From Terriglobia bacterium (GTDB taxonomy: Bacteria; Acidobacteriota; Terriglobia; Acidiferrales; UBA7541), in assembly GCA_963695545.1 (NCBI GenBank), contig OY968796.1, forward strand, positions 3,328,001 to 3,392,000: a stretch of DNA of 64,000 nucleotides, in the 5' to 3' direction. Every line of letters starts with the position of its first letter. Positions within the stretch are counted from its first letter, which is position 1. The position numbers were made by a program, and so were the translations under genes. Under the pieces are notes generated by a model that had not been told where the DNA came from, searched no databases, and worked only from the letters and a program-made list of their open reading frames with translations. Below, piece by piece: positions 42,760-53,100 of this stretch.

Positions 42760-44397
42760 ATGAAAGTAGCACTCGGCCAACTCAATCCCACCGTCGGCGA
42801 TTTCTCCGGCAACGCCGCCAGAATTCTCGACGCCGCCGCACGAGCACGCGATCGTGGCGCGGACATCATCGTCTTCTCGGAGATGTGCCTCTGCGGATAT
42901 CTCCCGCAGGATCTCGTCGAGCGCCCCGCATTTCTCGATCGCAATCGCAAAGAACTCGATTGCCTCGCCAAAAAATTGCCGTTGCCCGCCGTAGTCGGCT
43001 ACGTAGCGCGCTCCGGCGAAGCGACAGGGAAGCCCGCAGCCAACGCTGCGGCTCTCGTCAGTGGCGGCCGCGTCGTCTTCGAGCAGCACAAAATGCTTCT
43101 GCCCACCTACGACGTTTTCGATGAATCGCGTTACTTCCAGCCCGCGCGCTCGCAGCAAGCATTCAAATTCGAGGGCGAAAGCCTCGGCATCACCATCTGC
43201 GAAGATATTTGGAACGACAAGAATTTCTGGGTCAAGCGCCTCTACGATCGAGATCCCGTCGCCGAACTTGTAGGGCAGGGAACTACCCTGCTTCTAAATC
43301 TCTCCGCGTCTCCTTACGTGATCGATAAACGCAATCTGCGTCTTGACATGCTTCGCTCCATCGCGCGCACCCACCAGCGCCCCATCATTTACGTCAATCA
43401 AGTCGGAGGGAACGACACGCTGGTCTTCGACGGCGGCAGCCTCGCCGTCATGCCCGATGGACGCGTCGCCGCCCAAGCCAAACTGTTTGAAGAAGATCTC
43501 GTCCTTTTCGATTCCACCACAGGCATGGGCGAAATTCACGCGCAACCCCAAGAAGAAATTGTCGTCGCCTACCAAGCTCTCGTCTGCGGCACGCGCGACT
43601 ACGTTCGCAAGTGCGGCTTCCACAAAGTTGTCGTCGGTCTCAGCGGCGGCATCGATTCCGCCGTCGTCGCTGCCATCGCCGCCGCTGCCGTCGGCCCTGA
43701 AAATGTGTTCGGCGTTTCCATGCCCGGCCCGTATTCTTCCGAAGGCAGCCGCACCGATGCCCGCCAACTCGCGCAAAATCTCGGCATCGAATTCATCGTC
43801 CTGCCCATCGGCGATGTCTTCGCCAGCTACCGCGCCGATCTGGCCGCCGTCTTCGCCGGCAAACCCGAAGACGTCACCGAAGAAAATCTCCAGGCCCGCA
43901 TCCGCGGCAACCTTTTGATGGCGCTCTCAAATAAATACGGCGCTCTCGTCCTGAGCACCGGCAACAAATCCGAATTAGCCGTAGGCTACTGCACGCTCTA
44001 CGGAGACATGGCCGGCGGCCTCGCCGTCCTGGCCGACGTCCCGAAAACCATGGTCTACGCCGTAGCCGACGTCATCAATCGCGAAAGGGAATTGATCCCC
44101 CAAGCGACCATCGCCAAGCCCCCATCCGCCGAACTTCGCCCCAATCAGAAGGACACGGATTCTCTGCCGCCCTACGACGTCTTGGATCGCATCCTCAAAG
44201 CCTACATAGAGGACCTCCTCTCGCCCGAGGAGATTGCCGACCTTTACAGCTACGATCTATCTTTGGTTCGTTCGATCGCGATTAAAGTGGACCGCAACGA
44301 ATACAAACGTAAACAGGCCGCGCCCGGCCTTAAACTAACTTCGCGCGCCTTCGGCTTCGGCCGCCCGTTCCCCCTGGCGCAAAAGTTCGAGCCGTAG
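42760..44397 (+). CDS. nadE: Glutamine-dependent NAD+ synthetase
   Basis: Nitrilase-like N-domain (E, K, ICEDIW) plus GLSGGIDS, TGNKSE, YGD, PSAEL. Confidence 0.96.
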   Translation: MKVALGQLNPTVGDFSGNAARILDAAARARDRGADIIVFSEMCLCGYLPQDLVERPAFLDRNRKELDCLAKKLPLPAVVGYVARSGEATGKPAANAAALVSGGRVVFEQHKMLLPTYDVFDESRYFQPARSQQAFKFEGESLGITICEDIWNDKNFWVKRLYDRDPVAELVGQGTTLLLNLSASPYVIDKRNLRLDMLRSIARTHQRPIIYVNQVGGNDTLVFDGGSLAVMPDGRVAAQAKLFEEDLVLFDSTTGMGEIHAQPQEEIVVAYQALVCGTRDYVRKCGFHKVVVGLSGGIDSAVVAAIAAAAVGPENVFGVSMPGPYSSEGSRTDARQLAQNLGIEFIVLPIGDVFASYRADLAAVFAGKPEDVTEENLQARIRGNLLMALSNKYGALVLSTGNKSELAVGYCTLYGDMAGGLAVLADVPKTMVYAVADVINRERELIPQATIAKPPSAELRPNQKDTDSLPPYDVLDRILKAYIEDLLSPEEIADLYSYDLSLVRSIAIKVDRNEYKRKQAAPGLKLTSRAFGFGRPFPLAQKFEP

Positions 44398-44465
44398 ACG
44401 TGCAGCTGCGGTCTTTGTTTCGTGTCCGCCGGAATTTTGATGAAGTATTGTTAAAGGAGAGTGTT

Positions 44466-45398
44466 GTGCGAAACGCTTTCATCGCCATGATTCTGATGTT
44501 GGCTTCATTCGCAGTCGCGGCCAACGCCCAGACCGCACCGCCTGCGCAAGCTCCCGCGGCGCACGCCGCAGGCCCGCAAGCCGCAACTCCCGCCGCCGCG
44601 CCTCCTACCGAACTACAGAAGAAGATCCAGGCCTACCTTCGCGATCTCTACGGTTTCGGCCCGGATTTCACCATCACCGTCGGCGCGCCTCAGCCCACAC
44701 CAATTTCTGACCTGTCCGTAATGAATGTGGAAGTCGGCTACAACGGCCAATCCGATTCCACGGTCATCTACGTTAGCAAGGATGGAAAATTCCTGATTCG
44801 CGGGGAACTGGACGATATGTCGCTCGACCCGCTCGCCGCAACCCGCGATGAAATTCACACCGCAGGCGCTCCGTCAAAGGGTCCGGCCGATGCTCGCGTC
44901 GTCGTCGTCGAGTACGCCGACTACGAGTGCCCCATGTGCCGTCAACTCGATACGCTCATGCGCACGCTCTTGCCAAAATATCCGCAGATTCGCCTGGTCT
45001 ACAAAGATTTCCCCATCACCGATCTGCACCCTTGGGCCATGACCGCCGCTCTTGCCGCCCACTGCGCCTTCGTTCAGAAACCCTCTGCCTTCTGGACTTA
45101 TCACGACAGCATCTTCGACAGCCAGGACTTGATCTCGCCCGACAACGCCTTCGATAAGCTCCAGGATCTCGCTTCCCAAGCCGGTCTGAATCCCGATCAA
45201 CTCAAGTCCTGCATGTCCGACTCGAGCGCCGCACAATACATTCAAGCCGAGCAAGCCGAAAGCCAAGGCCTGGAAGTCGCCAGCACACCGACCATTTTCG
45301 TTAACGGTCGCCGAATCGTCGGCCCCAACGAACAACTCCTGGAGCAATACATCCAGTTCGAGCTGGCTAAAAAACCCTCCGCCCCCAAAGCTCCATGA
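44466..45398 (+). CDS. DsbA/thioredoxin-fold periplasmic protein
   Basis: Signal peptide, DYECPMC, HPWA, STPT; AAGGAG upstream of GTG 44466. Confidence 0.88.
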   Translation: MRNAFIAMILMLASFAVAANAQTAPPAQAPAAHAAGPQAATPAAAPPTELQKKIQAYLRDLYGFGPDFTITVGAPQPTPISDLSVMNVEVGYNGQSDSTVIYVSKDGKFLIRGELDDMSLDPLAATRDEIHTAGAPSKGPADARVVVVEYADYECPMCRQLDTLMRTLLPKYPQIRLVYKDFPITDLHPWAMTAALAAHCAFVQKPSAFWTYHDSIFDSQDLISPDNAFDKLQDLASQAGLNPDQLKSCMSDSSAAQYIQAEQAESQGLEVASTPTIFVNGRRIVGPNEQLLEQYIQFELAKKPSAPKAP

Positions 45399-45538
45399 CC
45401 ACCCGCCGTCTCAACCGTCGCCGTCACGTCCCGCCGCGAACCAACGGCGCTGACCATCCGAATCGCCCCCCACCTCAAGCCTAGGCGCCACCCCTCCGCG
45501 AATCCACCCCACGCCGCGCCGCGCGGCGGCCCGCACAA

Positions 45539-45777
45539 CGCAAGCCTCGCGCAAGACGCCCGCCCCCCGCCCACATCCCGCCGCGAATCCCCCGCCATCG
45601 CAAGCGTCGCGCAAGACGGCCCGCCCCCGCCCACCTCGCGCCGCGAATCCCCCCGCCATCTCAAGCCTCGCGCAAGCCCCCCGCCCCCGCCCAAATCACG
45701 CCGCGAATTCACCGCCATCGCAAGCCTCGCGCAAGACGGCCCGCCCCCGCCCACATCACGCCGCGAATCACCCGCCT
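45539..45777. repeat. ~60-bp C-rich tandem repeat, 4 copies
   Basis: Unit about CGCAAGCCTCGCGCAAGACGGCCCGCCCCCGCCCACATCACGCCGCGAATCCCCCGCCAT at 45539, 45599, 45660, 45719. Confidence 0.9.
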
Positions 45778-46099
45778 CCGACGCCCGGCGAGCCGGACTC
45801 GCAACCGCGCCGCACGAAAGACCCCTAGCGCCCGGCGCGACAAACTCCCCAGCGTTCGGCGCGTCAATATCGGCAGCGCTCCGCGGGCCAACGTCGGCAG
45901 CTCTCGGCGCGACGACTCCGGTAGCGCCCGGGGCGACAATTCCGGTAGCGCCCGGCGCGAAACACCAACCATAGTGCACTCGATTGCAGTTAGTGCACCT
46001 AGTGCACTCTGCAGATGGAACAGCCCCCCTCGTCTCCCGGTAAATTCCCAATCCCAAGTCACCCCGCCCGCCTTTCGGTCGCCCACTGCCTGTCGGTGC

Positions 46100-46127
46100 A
46101 GTTGACATAATATATCTTAGCGGGTAC
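46100..46127 (-). other. dif-like XerC/XerD recombination site
   Basis: Minus strand GTACCCGCTAA-GATATA-TTATGTCAACT: 11-6-11 layout, right arm 9/11 identical to the E. coli XerD arm TTATGTTAAAT; coincides with the C/G composition switch. Confidence 0.85.
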
Positions 46128-46159
46128 TTGCTTGCAAGGGGAATTTACGGGTGGGGGCG

Positions 46160-46710
46160 CGATTGTCGCGGGCGGGGATCGCTGTGCGGATTGTGCGGCG
46201 ATAGGGGACGCAGGGAGGGGGGCGCGCGTGGTGCGGTGGCGGAGGATGCGGTTGGGGGCGCGGACTGGGTTGTGCAGATCGGGGTGAAGACGGGGATGCG
46301 GAGGGGGCGAGGGGATGGCGTGGGGTTGGCGTTCGACGGGGATCTGTCTGCGTCGCGCTGGCGAAAATCACGTAGAAGGATCTTCCCGCGGGCTGACGAT
46401 CGACGGGGATTTATTTGTGTGGCGCTGGCGAAAATCAGGTAGAAGGATCCTCGCGCGGGGTGACTATCGACGGGGATTTATTTGTGTGGCGCTGACGAAA
46501 ATCAGGTGGAAGGGTCTTCGCGCGAGGTGACGCGGGAGAAGTTGCTCGAGATTGGGGAGGTTCGGTGACGAGGATTATTGGGGCGGGGGCGGGGCCGGCT
46601 GGATTGGTGCGTCGTGCGCGAGACCAGGCGCGATGTCGGTCCCCTGCACTGCCGCGCGATAGGCGCTTGGATTCGGTGCTTCGCGTCGGAGTTTGCGCGG
46701 CGCGCGGACG
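46160..46710 (+). pseudogene. Decayed copy of the downstream lipoprotein gene
   Basis: Collinear blocks shared with 46838-47293 (GAGAAGT.GCTCGAGAT, GATTAT, GTCGGTCC.CTGCACT, CTTCGCGTCGGAGTTTGCGCGGCGCGCGG); left boundary approximate. Confidence 0.7.
46334..46531. repeat. 67-bp tandem repeat, 3 copies, inside the decayed copy
   Basis: Units starting CGACGGGGAT at 46334, 46401 and 46468. Confidence 0.9.
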
Positions 46711-46837
46711 CGCGCGACGGGAGCGGCGCCGGGAATCTCGGGCGGTGCCGGAGTGCGGGGGGCGCGGTGTACACCGGCGCGCGGCAGCGGGGCGCGCGGG
46801 GAGCGAGGCGCGTGTCGGGCGGAGCGGGGATGGCGAC

Positions 46838-47293
46838 GTGAGAGTGCGGCGGCGTCTGGCGAGAATCGGATTGATGGCGGCGCTCGCTTGGCTCAGTGCG
46901 TGCGGCAGCGGCGGCGGCGTTCGCGAGATGGTGGGATCGATCGAAGATGGCTTGCGGCTGGCGCGGCAGCTCGAGCAGCAGACGGGGCAAAGCGACATCG
47001 TGGCCATGGTGATCAACGGGCAATTTATCGGCATCACGCTCGAGAATTCGGCCTGGAACGATCTTCCGGCGGAGCAGAAGCGCGAGAAGTCGCTCGAGAT
47101 CGCGCGGCTGGCTTACGAAGATTATCCGGGCGGCGGCGATCTGGTTGCGATTGACGTGTCGTACGAGACGAGATACGACGTCGGTCCGCTGCACTATCGC
47201 GTGAAGGGCGATAAGTTTGAGTTCTTCGCGTCGGAGTTTGCGCGGCGCGCGGCGGCCGGCGGCGTCGGTGATGTGGGCGCGGGCGGGAAGTGA
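46838..47293 (+). CDS. Hypothetical lipoprotein
   Basis: Basic N-terminus, hydrophobic stretch, lipobox LSAC; globular C-terminal part. Confidence 0.7.
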   Translation: MRVRRRLARIGLMAALAWLSACGSGGGVREMVGSIEDGLRLARQLEQQTGQSDIVAMVINGQFIGITLENSAWNDLPAEQKREKSLEIARLAYEDYPGGGDLVAIDVSYETRYDVGPLHYRVKGDKFEFFASEFARRAAAGGVGDVGAGGK

Positions 47294-47515
47294 GGGCGCG
47301 ACGGTTCGCGCATCGTGGCGCGCGTGGCGAAGGCATCGTGACGCAGAGATGCTGGCGGTTCGCGCATCGGCCAGTTCCCTACTGTGCGCGGTGCGGGGGC
47401 GCCGCTAACGCCCGGCCGGGCGCGGATCGCGGCTGCCGCGCATCGCGGATACGGCGCTTGCCAACGTCCGCGCATCGGGCAATTGCCTTCCGGGCGCTCC
47501 CCGCGATGGCAAGAT

Positions 47516-47645
47516 GGAGGCCTGAAGGCCTCCGCTACATAATTCGACCCGGGCGGAGCGGTTTGCGTGGCGCGGGCACTCTTGGCTGGGTGGTTTCGGT
47601 ATTTCACACGCAGCGCAAAAAAACAAAGGCGCACAGGCAGGAGGG
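47516..47645. repeat. Degenerate REP-like remnants related to the elements at 60550 and 62259
   Basis: GGAGGCCTGAAGGCCTCCGCTACATAA matches 60599-60625 with one mismatch; CGGTTTGCGT...AAAGGCGCACAGGCAGGA matches 62251-62335. Confidence 0.75.
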
Positions 47646-48031
47646 TCCTCCAGCAGGCGGCGGACCTGCGGCCTGCGCGACACAAAGCAAGATGGAGGCC
47701 CGCGCCACGGCGGACAGGTTTCGGCCTCCGCCGCATGAGACGGAACATTGCGCGCGTGACGCGCCGCGACCGGCAACGCCGGGAGCGCATCGACGCGGCC
47801 GCGCATCGCGCAATTCCCTGCTACGCGCTGGGCGCGGAGAGTTGGCTGATCGACGCTGGCGGGCCGCAGGTGCGGCCTGGCGCCGAGCACGCCACACTTG
47901 AAATGTTAAAGAGTTCGTTTAAAATGCCTAAACCGTCGCGCGCGGTGGGCGTGCGTGCGGGGATCGAGGAGGGTTGGCGGTATTCGGGCGCGGCGCGGTC
48001 CGGCGCTTGCGAAAATTCCAGGAGACGAGTC

Positions 48032-48958
48032 ATGGACCTGCATCAGCTCGAAATATTTCTCACCGTGCTCGAACTGAACGGCGTGACGCGCGCCGCGGAA
48101 AAAGTCCAGCTGACGCCGGGCGCCGTCAGCATCCAGATGCAAAAGCTTTCAAGCGAAGTTCACACGCAATTATTTATCCGCGATGGCCGGCGCCTGGTGC
48201 CCACGCCGGCGGCGCTGCGGCTGGCGGAACACGCGCGGCGCGTGCTGAAGCAAGTGCGGCACATCCAGCAGGATTTCGAGGACGATCCGCGCGCGGATCA
48301 GCGCGAATTTCGGTTCGCGACCGGCGTGACCACGCTGGTCTACCGGCTGGGCCGGCCGCTGCGACGACTGCGGCTGCAATATCCGCACTGCGATTTTCAC
48401 GTGTCGGTGGGGCCGACGGAAGAGATCGTGGCGGGCTTGCTGAACCGGCAGCTCGACCTCGGATTGATCTCGCTGCCGGTGGCGGAAGAGCAGTTGGAGA
48501 TCACGCCGCTCTTCGAGGAAGAACTTTTTCTGTTGAGGCCTTCGCCCACGCTGGTGCGCGGCGGCGCGATCACTTCGATCGAGCCGCGAGATCTGGCCGA
48601 CGTGCCGTTTCTGCTTTATCCGAAGCGCAGCAACATGCGATTGAAAATCGACAGCTTCCTCAAAGAAATGGGGCTGACGCCGCGCGTGTTGATGGAAGCC
48701 GACGACACGGAGGCCATCAAGCGTCTGGTGGAATCGGGATTCGGATATTCGATTTTGCCGGAGCACGCGTTGCGCGGTCATCGCAGATTTTTTCACGTGC
48801 ATCGCATCGGGCAGAAGCGGCTGATTCGCAGGCAGGCGCTGGCGGCGGTGCGCACGGATTTTCCGCGGCGGCTGACCGTCTCGATCGCGGGATTTCTGAA
48901 GGACGCCATGCGCTCGACGCGCCGCACGAGCGAAGCGCGCGTGGCGGCGGTGCAGTAG
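48032..48958 (+). CDS. LysR-family transcriptional regulator, copy 1
   Basis: MDLHQLEIF HTH with AVSIQMQKL; LysR substrate-binding domain; AGGAG upstream. Confidence 0.93.
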   Translation: MDLHQLEIFLTVLELNGVTRAAEKVQLTPGAVSIQMQKLSSEVHTQLFIRDGRRLVPTPAALRLAEHARRVLKQVRHIQQDFEDDPRADQREFRFATGVTTLVYRLGRPLRRLRLQYPHCDFHVSVGPTEEIVAGLLNRQLDLGLISLPVAEEQLEITPLFEEELFLLRPSPTLVRGGAITSIEPRDLADVPFLLYPKRSNMRLKIDSFLKEMGLTPRVLMEADDTEAIKRLVESGFGYSILPEHALRGHRRFFHVHRIGQKRLIRRQALAAVRTDFPRRLTVSIAGFLKDAMRSTRRTSEARVAAVQ

Positions 48959-48968
48959 GCGCGTGCGC

Positions 48969-49490
48969 CTATTGAAACATTTTTGCGATGGTCTGCATCG
49001 GCAGAAACAAACGCCTCGGGACCTTGAGGTCGATAAATCCGAATTCCTTGTAAAAGGCTTCGGCTTTTTCGTCCTTCGCATCGACAACCACGGTCCAGGA
49101 TGCAATTTCGCGACTGAGGATGAGACATCGATGAAGGGCGTCCATCAGCAACATCGGGCCTAAGCGAATTCCGTAGTCGATAGCGGTGCTTCGAGCCAGT
49201 CTTCCGATCAAAGTCGCCGGGACCTCGTTGTGCCTGCTCAGTTTTTGCGCAAGAGCCTCCGGGACGCTGTCCAGAAATATCGAATACTGCGACAGTGTGT
49301 AGTAGCCGGCGATGGTCTTACCGTCGGGCGTCATCACGAAGACTGCGGCGAGATTTTTCCTGACGCTTTGGCCCGCTTGCGTTTTGAGATAAATGTCCAG
49401 TTGCGGGACGCCACAAGAAAAAGCCGCCCGGTCGTGATTCGGTCCGAGCGGCTCAAAGACGAAGTTGGGTTGATTTTGACGTTCTGCCAA
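48969..49490 (-). CDS. GNAT acetyltransferase toxin (TacT/AtaT-like)
   Basis: FSCG..LD.YL, AGYYTL, LIGRLA, VVDAKD, FYKEFGF; downstream of a DUF1778 gene. Confidence 0.9.
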   Translation of the reverse strand: MAERQNQPNFVFEPLGPNHDRAAFSCGVPQLDIYLKTQAGQSVRKNLAAVFVMTPDGKTIAGYYTLSQYSIFLDSVPEALAQKLSRHNEVPATLIGRLARSTAIDYGIRLGPMLLMDALHRCLILSREIASWTVVVDAKDEKAEAFYKEFGFIDLKVPRRLFLPMQTIAKMFQ

Positions 49491-49820
49491 TCACAACTCC
49501 ATCGGCTCCATCAGCCCCATGCGTTCTTTATATTCAGCAGCCGCCTTCTTCGCCGCTGCATTGGGTTCGGGCGGATTCAATAGCATGTTGACGAATAGCT
49601 CGCGGCTTGCGTCGCGCAGGTTCAACATCTCGTAGTCCTTGACGGTTGCCGCAGCGGCCTCCTCGAGTTTGGCCACCACAAAATCTGTGAGAGAAGTTCC
49701 GCGCAGTAGTGCAGCGCGTTCGATCAGGCGTTTTTGCTCAGGGGTGAGCCTGGCTTCGAGGCGTTCTGCGCGGCTGGGAGCTTTCCTTGTCGTCCTCACG
49801 GCTCTAGCTGTCCGCGGCAT
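49491..49820 (-). CDS. DUF1778 ribbon-helix-helix antitoxin (TacA/AtaR-like)
   Basis: RLEARLTPEQKRLIERAA..GTSLTDFV, LLNPPEPN; GGAGG upstream. Confidence 0.92.
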   Translation of the reverse strand: MPRTARAVRTTRKAPSRAERLEARLTPEQKRLIERAALLRGTSLTDFVVAKLEEAAAATVKDYEMLNLRDASRELFVNMLLNPPEPNAAAKKAAAEYKERMGLMEPMEL

Positions 49821-49847
49821 ACTGGCCTCCAATTCACCCTTGCAAAT

Positions 49848-49867
49848 GTACGGCAATTTGCCGGGTA
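49848..49867. promoter_or_regulatory. Putative operator of the TA operon
   Basis: Inverted repeat CGGCAA-T-TTGCCG just upstream of the antitoxin gene. Confidence 0.5.
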
Positions 49868-50151
49868 TGTCAATGGCACTATCAAGATGTTTTGAATCTG
49901 CCGGATATGGGAGTTAGAGCAGTTTCCTTCCGCGATGCGCGCGCTTCGAGAGCGGCTAACCCGACGCACGCGCAACGACCCAAAAAACAGCGCCGCCGCG
50001 GGGAGGTCCGGGCCCCGCGGCGGCTTGCACAGCTACAACTCCGTTGGTCGGCTACAGATTAGTTCGACGGCTACAACTCCGTTGGCCTGACCCGTTGGTC
50101 TGAAACGCGCGGGCAGCCATCGCAGGCCGCCCGCGGCTGGGCTGACTCGAG

Positions 50152-53100
50152 CTAGAACGTGAACTTGGCCGAGAGCTGCGCGACGCGCGGATCGGCGGCC
50201 TTGACGCCGCTCGAGCCATCGAGCGCGCCGAAGCTGCTGGAGTTGAGTTGGTTGACGCCGCCGAAGTTCGCGGTGGAATTGTTGGCGCCGTTGGTTGCGG
50301 TGTAGGTCGGCGCGAAGTTCACGCGATTGAAGACGTTCAGGTAGTCCACGCGCAGCGTCAAACCATAACGCTCGGTGACCGCGAACGTTTTCGCGAAGGA
50401 AATATCCCAGTTGTAGGTGAACGGCATGCGGAAGGTGTTCTTTCCGATTGTGCCGAGCGTGCCGAAGATCGCCGGGTTGTTGACGGCATGTCCGGACGCG
50501 CAGGTGGTGCCGGTCAGCGGCACGTTGCAGACCGTGAATGGTTCAAAGGCCTGCGCATCGAGCAGGCTGTTGCAATTGGTGGAGACGCCGGTGCAAGCGG
50601 AGACGTTGTTGTAGGGCGAAAGGCCGGCGACGCAGCTATCGTACAAGCCGTCGTTCGTGGCCGAGTTGACCACCAGGCCCTGGCCGCAAAGCGTGCCGCG
50701 CTCGCTGCCCAGCGTGTTGCCGGAAATATTGTTGGCGTTCTCGATCGCGGTGAACGGACGGCCCGAAGCGGCCGAGACGATACCGGTGAGTTCCCATCCG
50801 CCAGCAAGCAAGCGCATGACCTCACTCGAGCCGTGCAGCGCGGGCGTCTTATAGACGAACGACCCGTTGAGCACGTGCCGCGTGTCGAAGTCCGACGGCC
50901 CCCAGTCCAGTGTGTGACGGTTCGGCGTGTAGGTTTCGTTGGTCGGGCAAGGCCCCGAGGCGACGTAGGCTTTGCACAGCGCCGGCTCGTTGATAGCGAC
51001 CGGGGAGAATATGCCATCGAAACCGGCGTCGCCTTGACCGAACGGCACATCGTCGAGGCTCTTCGCGTAGGTGTAGTTCACGAGCAGCGTGAGTCCGTTG
51101 GTGGCGCGCTTCTCGTAGGACACCTGGAGCGAGTTGTAGTCCGAGTTGATGTCGAACGCGTCTTCCAAAAGCGCCGTCGCAGAGAGCGCCGTGGTGGGAA
51201 TGAAGGTGCTGGCGGTGGTCGCTCCACCACTGGTGGTAGGAGCGCAATCCTGCGCCGCTGCCGGAGTGATGCCCACGCCGTAAGTGACCGCTGTGCCGGG
51301 CTCGCAGAACGTGCCGAGCAACGCGTTCACCACGCCAGTGCCGGTATTGATGCTGCCCGTTCCGGGGTTCGCTGGATTCAGCGGAGCTTGCGGCGGCGTC
51401 GGGTTGAGGTTCACGGTCTCCATGTTATGTTTGGAGATCAAGCCGACGTAGGCCACGCGCAACAGCGATTCCCCAGGCAATTGGCGCTCGATCGTCAGGT
51501 TGTAGGAGTAGACGGTCGGAACGTAATACTTCGCGGTCGAGAAGCTTCCATCGAGGTTGTTTCCGGGAATGTACGGATACGGGATTGTGCAGCCCGCGGC
51601 CGCCTGCACCACGCCGCCGGTTGAGCAAATGGGCAAATCCTTCGGTGGCGCATACGGGCCGGGGAAGGTCGGGAAGTTTACATGGTAGCTTGCCGCTTGC
51701 GCGCCCGAGCAGTTCAGGCGCGTTTGCGTGCCCGACTGGGTGCAGAGCGGATCGTTGAAGGACCCGGCCGTGGAGGACTCATTCGGTGCAGCCGCGGTGG
51801 ATTCGACGAACTGCGGGCTGTAGGGCCACTCGTCGACGAAGCGGTTGCTGTCCACACCGGCGATGCGCGAATCGTAGAAGATTCCGCCGCCGCCGCGAAC
51901 GCTGGTCTTGCCGTCGCCGAAAACGTCCCACGCAAAGCCAACGCGCGGTTCGAAGTTGTTGTAGCTGCTGTTCATGCCGTTTTGCGGGCAACCCGGATCG
52001 CCGCCGTAGAGCAGGCCCGGAGGCGCGTCTGGGAATTCCGTGGAACGCACGCCTTGCGCCATCAACGCGAGGTTGATGCAGGTGTAGCGATGGTCGGTGA
52101 TTTCATCCGGCATGTTCGCCGGTTCCCAGCGAACGCCGAGATTCAGCGTGAGGTTGTGGCGCAGGCGCAGGTTGTCCTGCAAATACAGTCCGGCGTAGGT
52201 GGTGCGCAGAGCCTTGAATTCACCGCCGCCCTGCTGCAAGCCGTAAGTGGTGGCGCCGGTGTCGCACATGTCTCCGGCCAGGTAATTCGTGAAGGTGCCG
52301 CGTCCCTCGGCGGTAGCATTGGCGGAAGACTGAGCGCCAACTCCGCTGTTCGCCACACTCGAGCCGTTAGCCAGAAGGCCCAAGAACGCGTCGTTGGTGC
52401 AGAACGCGATCAGGCCGGGTTGATTGAACTCGTTGATCAGGTCCACTTCGCTGCGCTCAAGATCGCCGCCAAAGTGGATGTCGTGAGGGCCTTTTTCCCA
52501 GCTGATATCGTCACTGGTGACCACGGTGCTGCGCAGGAACGTTCCGTGGGGGTTCGTGCCGAAGCTGAAGCCGTTGCCGGTGTTTCCGTTTTGAACGGTC
52601 ATCTGCTGAATGGCGTTCGGGCTGACGTTATCGGGCAAAAGCGATCCGAACGATTGCGGATCCGGAGCATTGGTGCCCGGGCCGCGGACGGAAGCCTCGC
52701 GCGAATAGCTCAGACGGAAATCGTTCAGGAAAGTCGGGGAGAAGGTGTGCGTCTCGTGCAGCAGCGCGTTCTGCGATTCGATGGTTTGGCCGTCGGTGTA
52801 AGCCAGCAGTTCGGTCGGCGGCGTGTATGGCGAGCGGACAAACCGGTCAAACTCATAGCGACCGGTCACTTTGTCGTTGCTCGTCAGCAGGTAGTCGAAT
52901 CGGCCCATACCGGAGTCGTAGTTCTCGGTATCGGGAATCGGGAAGCTGGCGCAGGGATTCGATCCGGCGGGGCAAGCCACCGGGCTTACACCGGGCAGGA
53001 TATTCGCGAGACCTGTGGATGTGAGGCCAGCCAGAGCGTAAGTCGGATTCATCATCGGAAGGCCGGTGGTCGCGTTGATGCCCAGCATCTTGGCGACCGC

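Noticed and set aside
45242..46108. 288-aa minus-strand ORF with peptide repeats and a Cys cluster
   Set aside because: Starts inside the dif site, overlaps the DsbA gene end, and stays open mainly because of GC-rich repeats; not excluded but unsupported.
46160..47293. Possible diversity-generating retroelement TR/VR pair
   Set aside because: Differences are not adenine-specific, include indels and a triplication, and no reverse transcriptase is present in the window.
50030..50086. Direct repeat GCTACAACTCCGTTGG, two copies
   Set aside because: Only two short copies among hairpins downstream of the transporter gene; no further structure to interpret.
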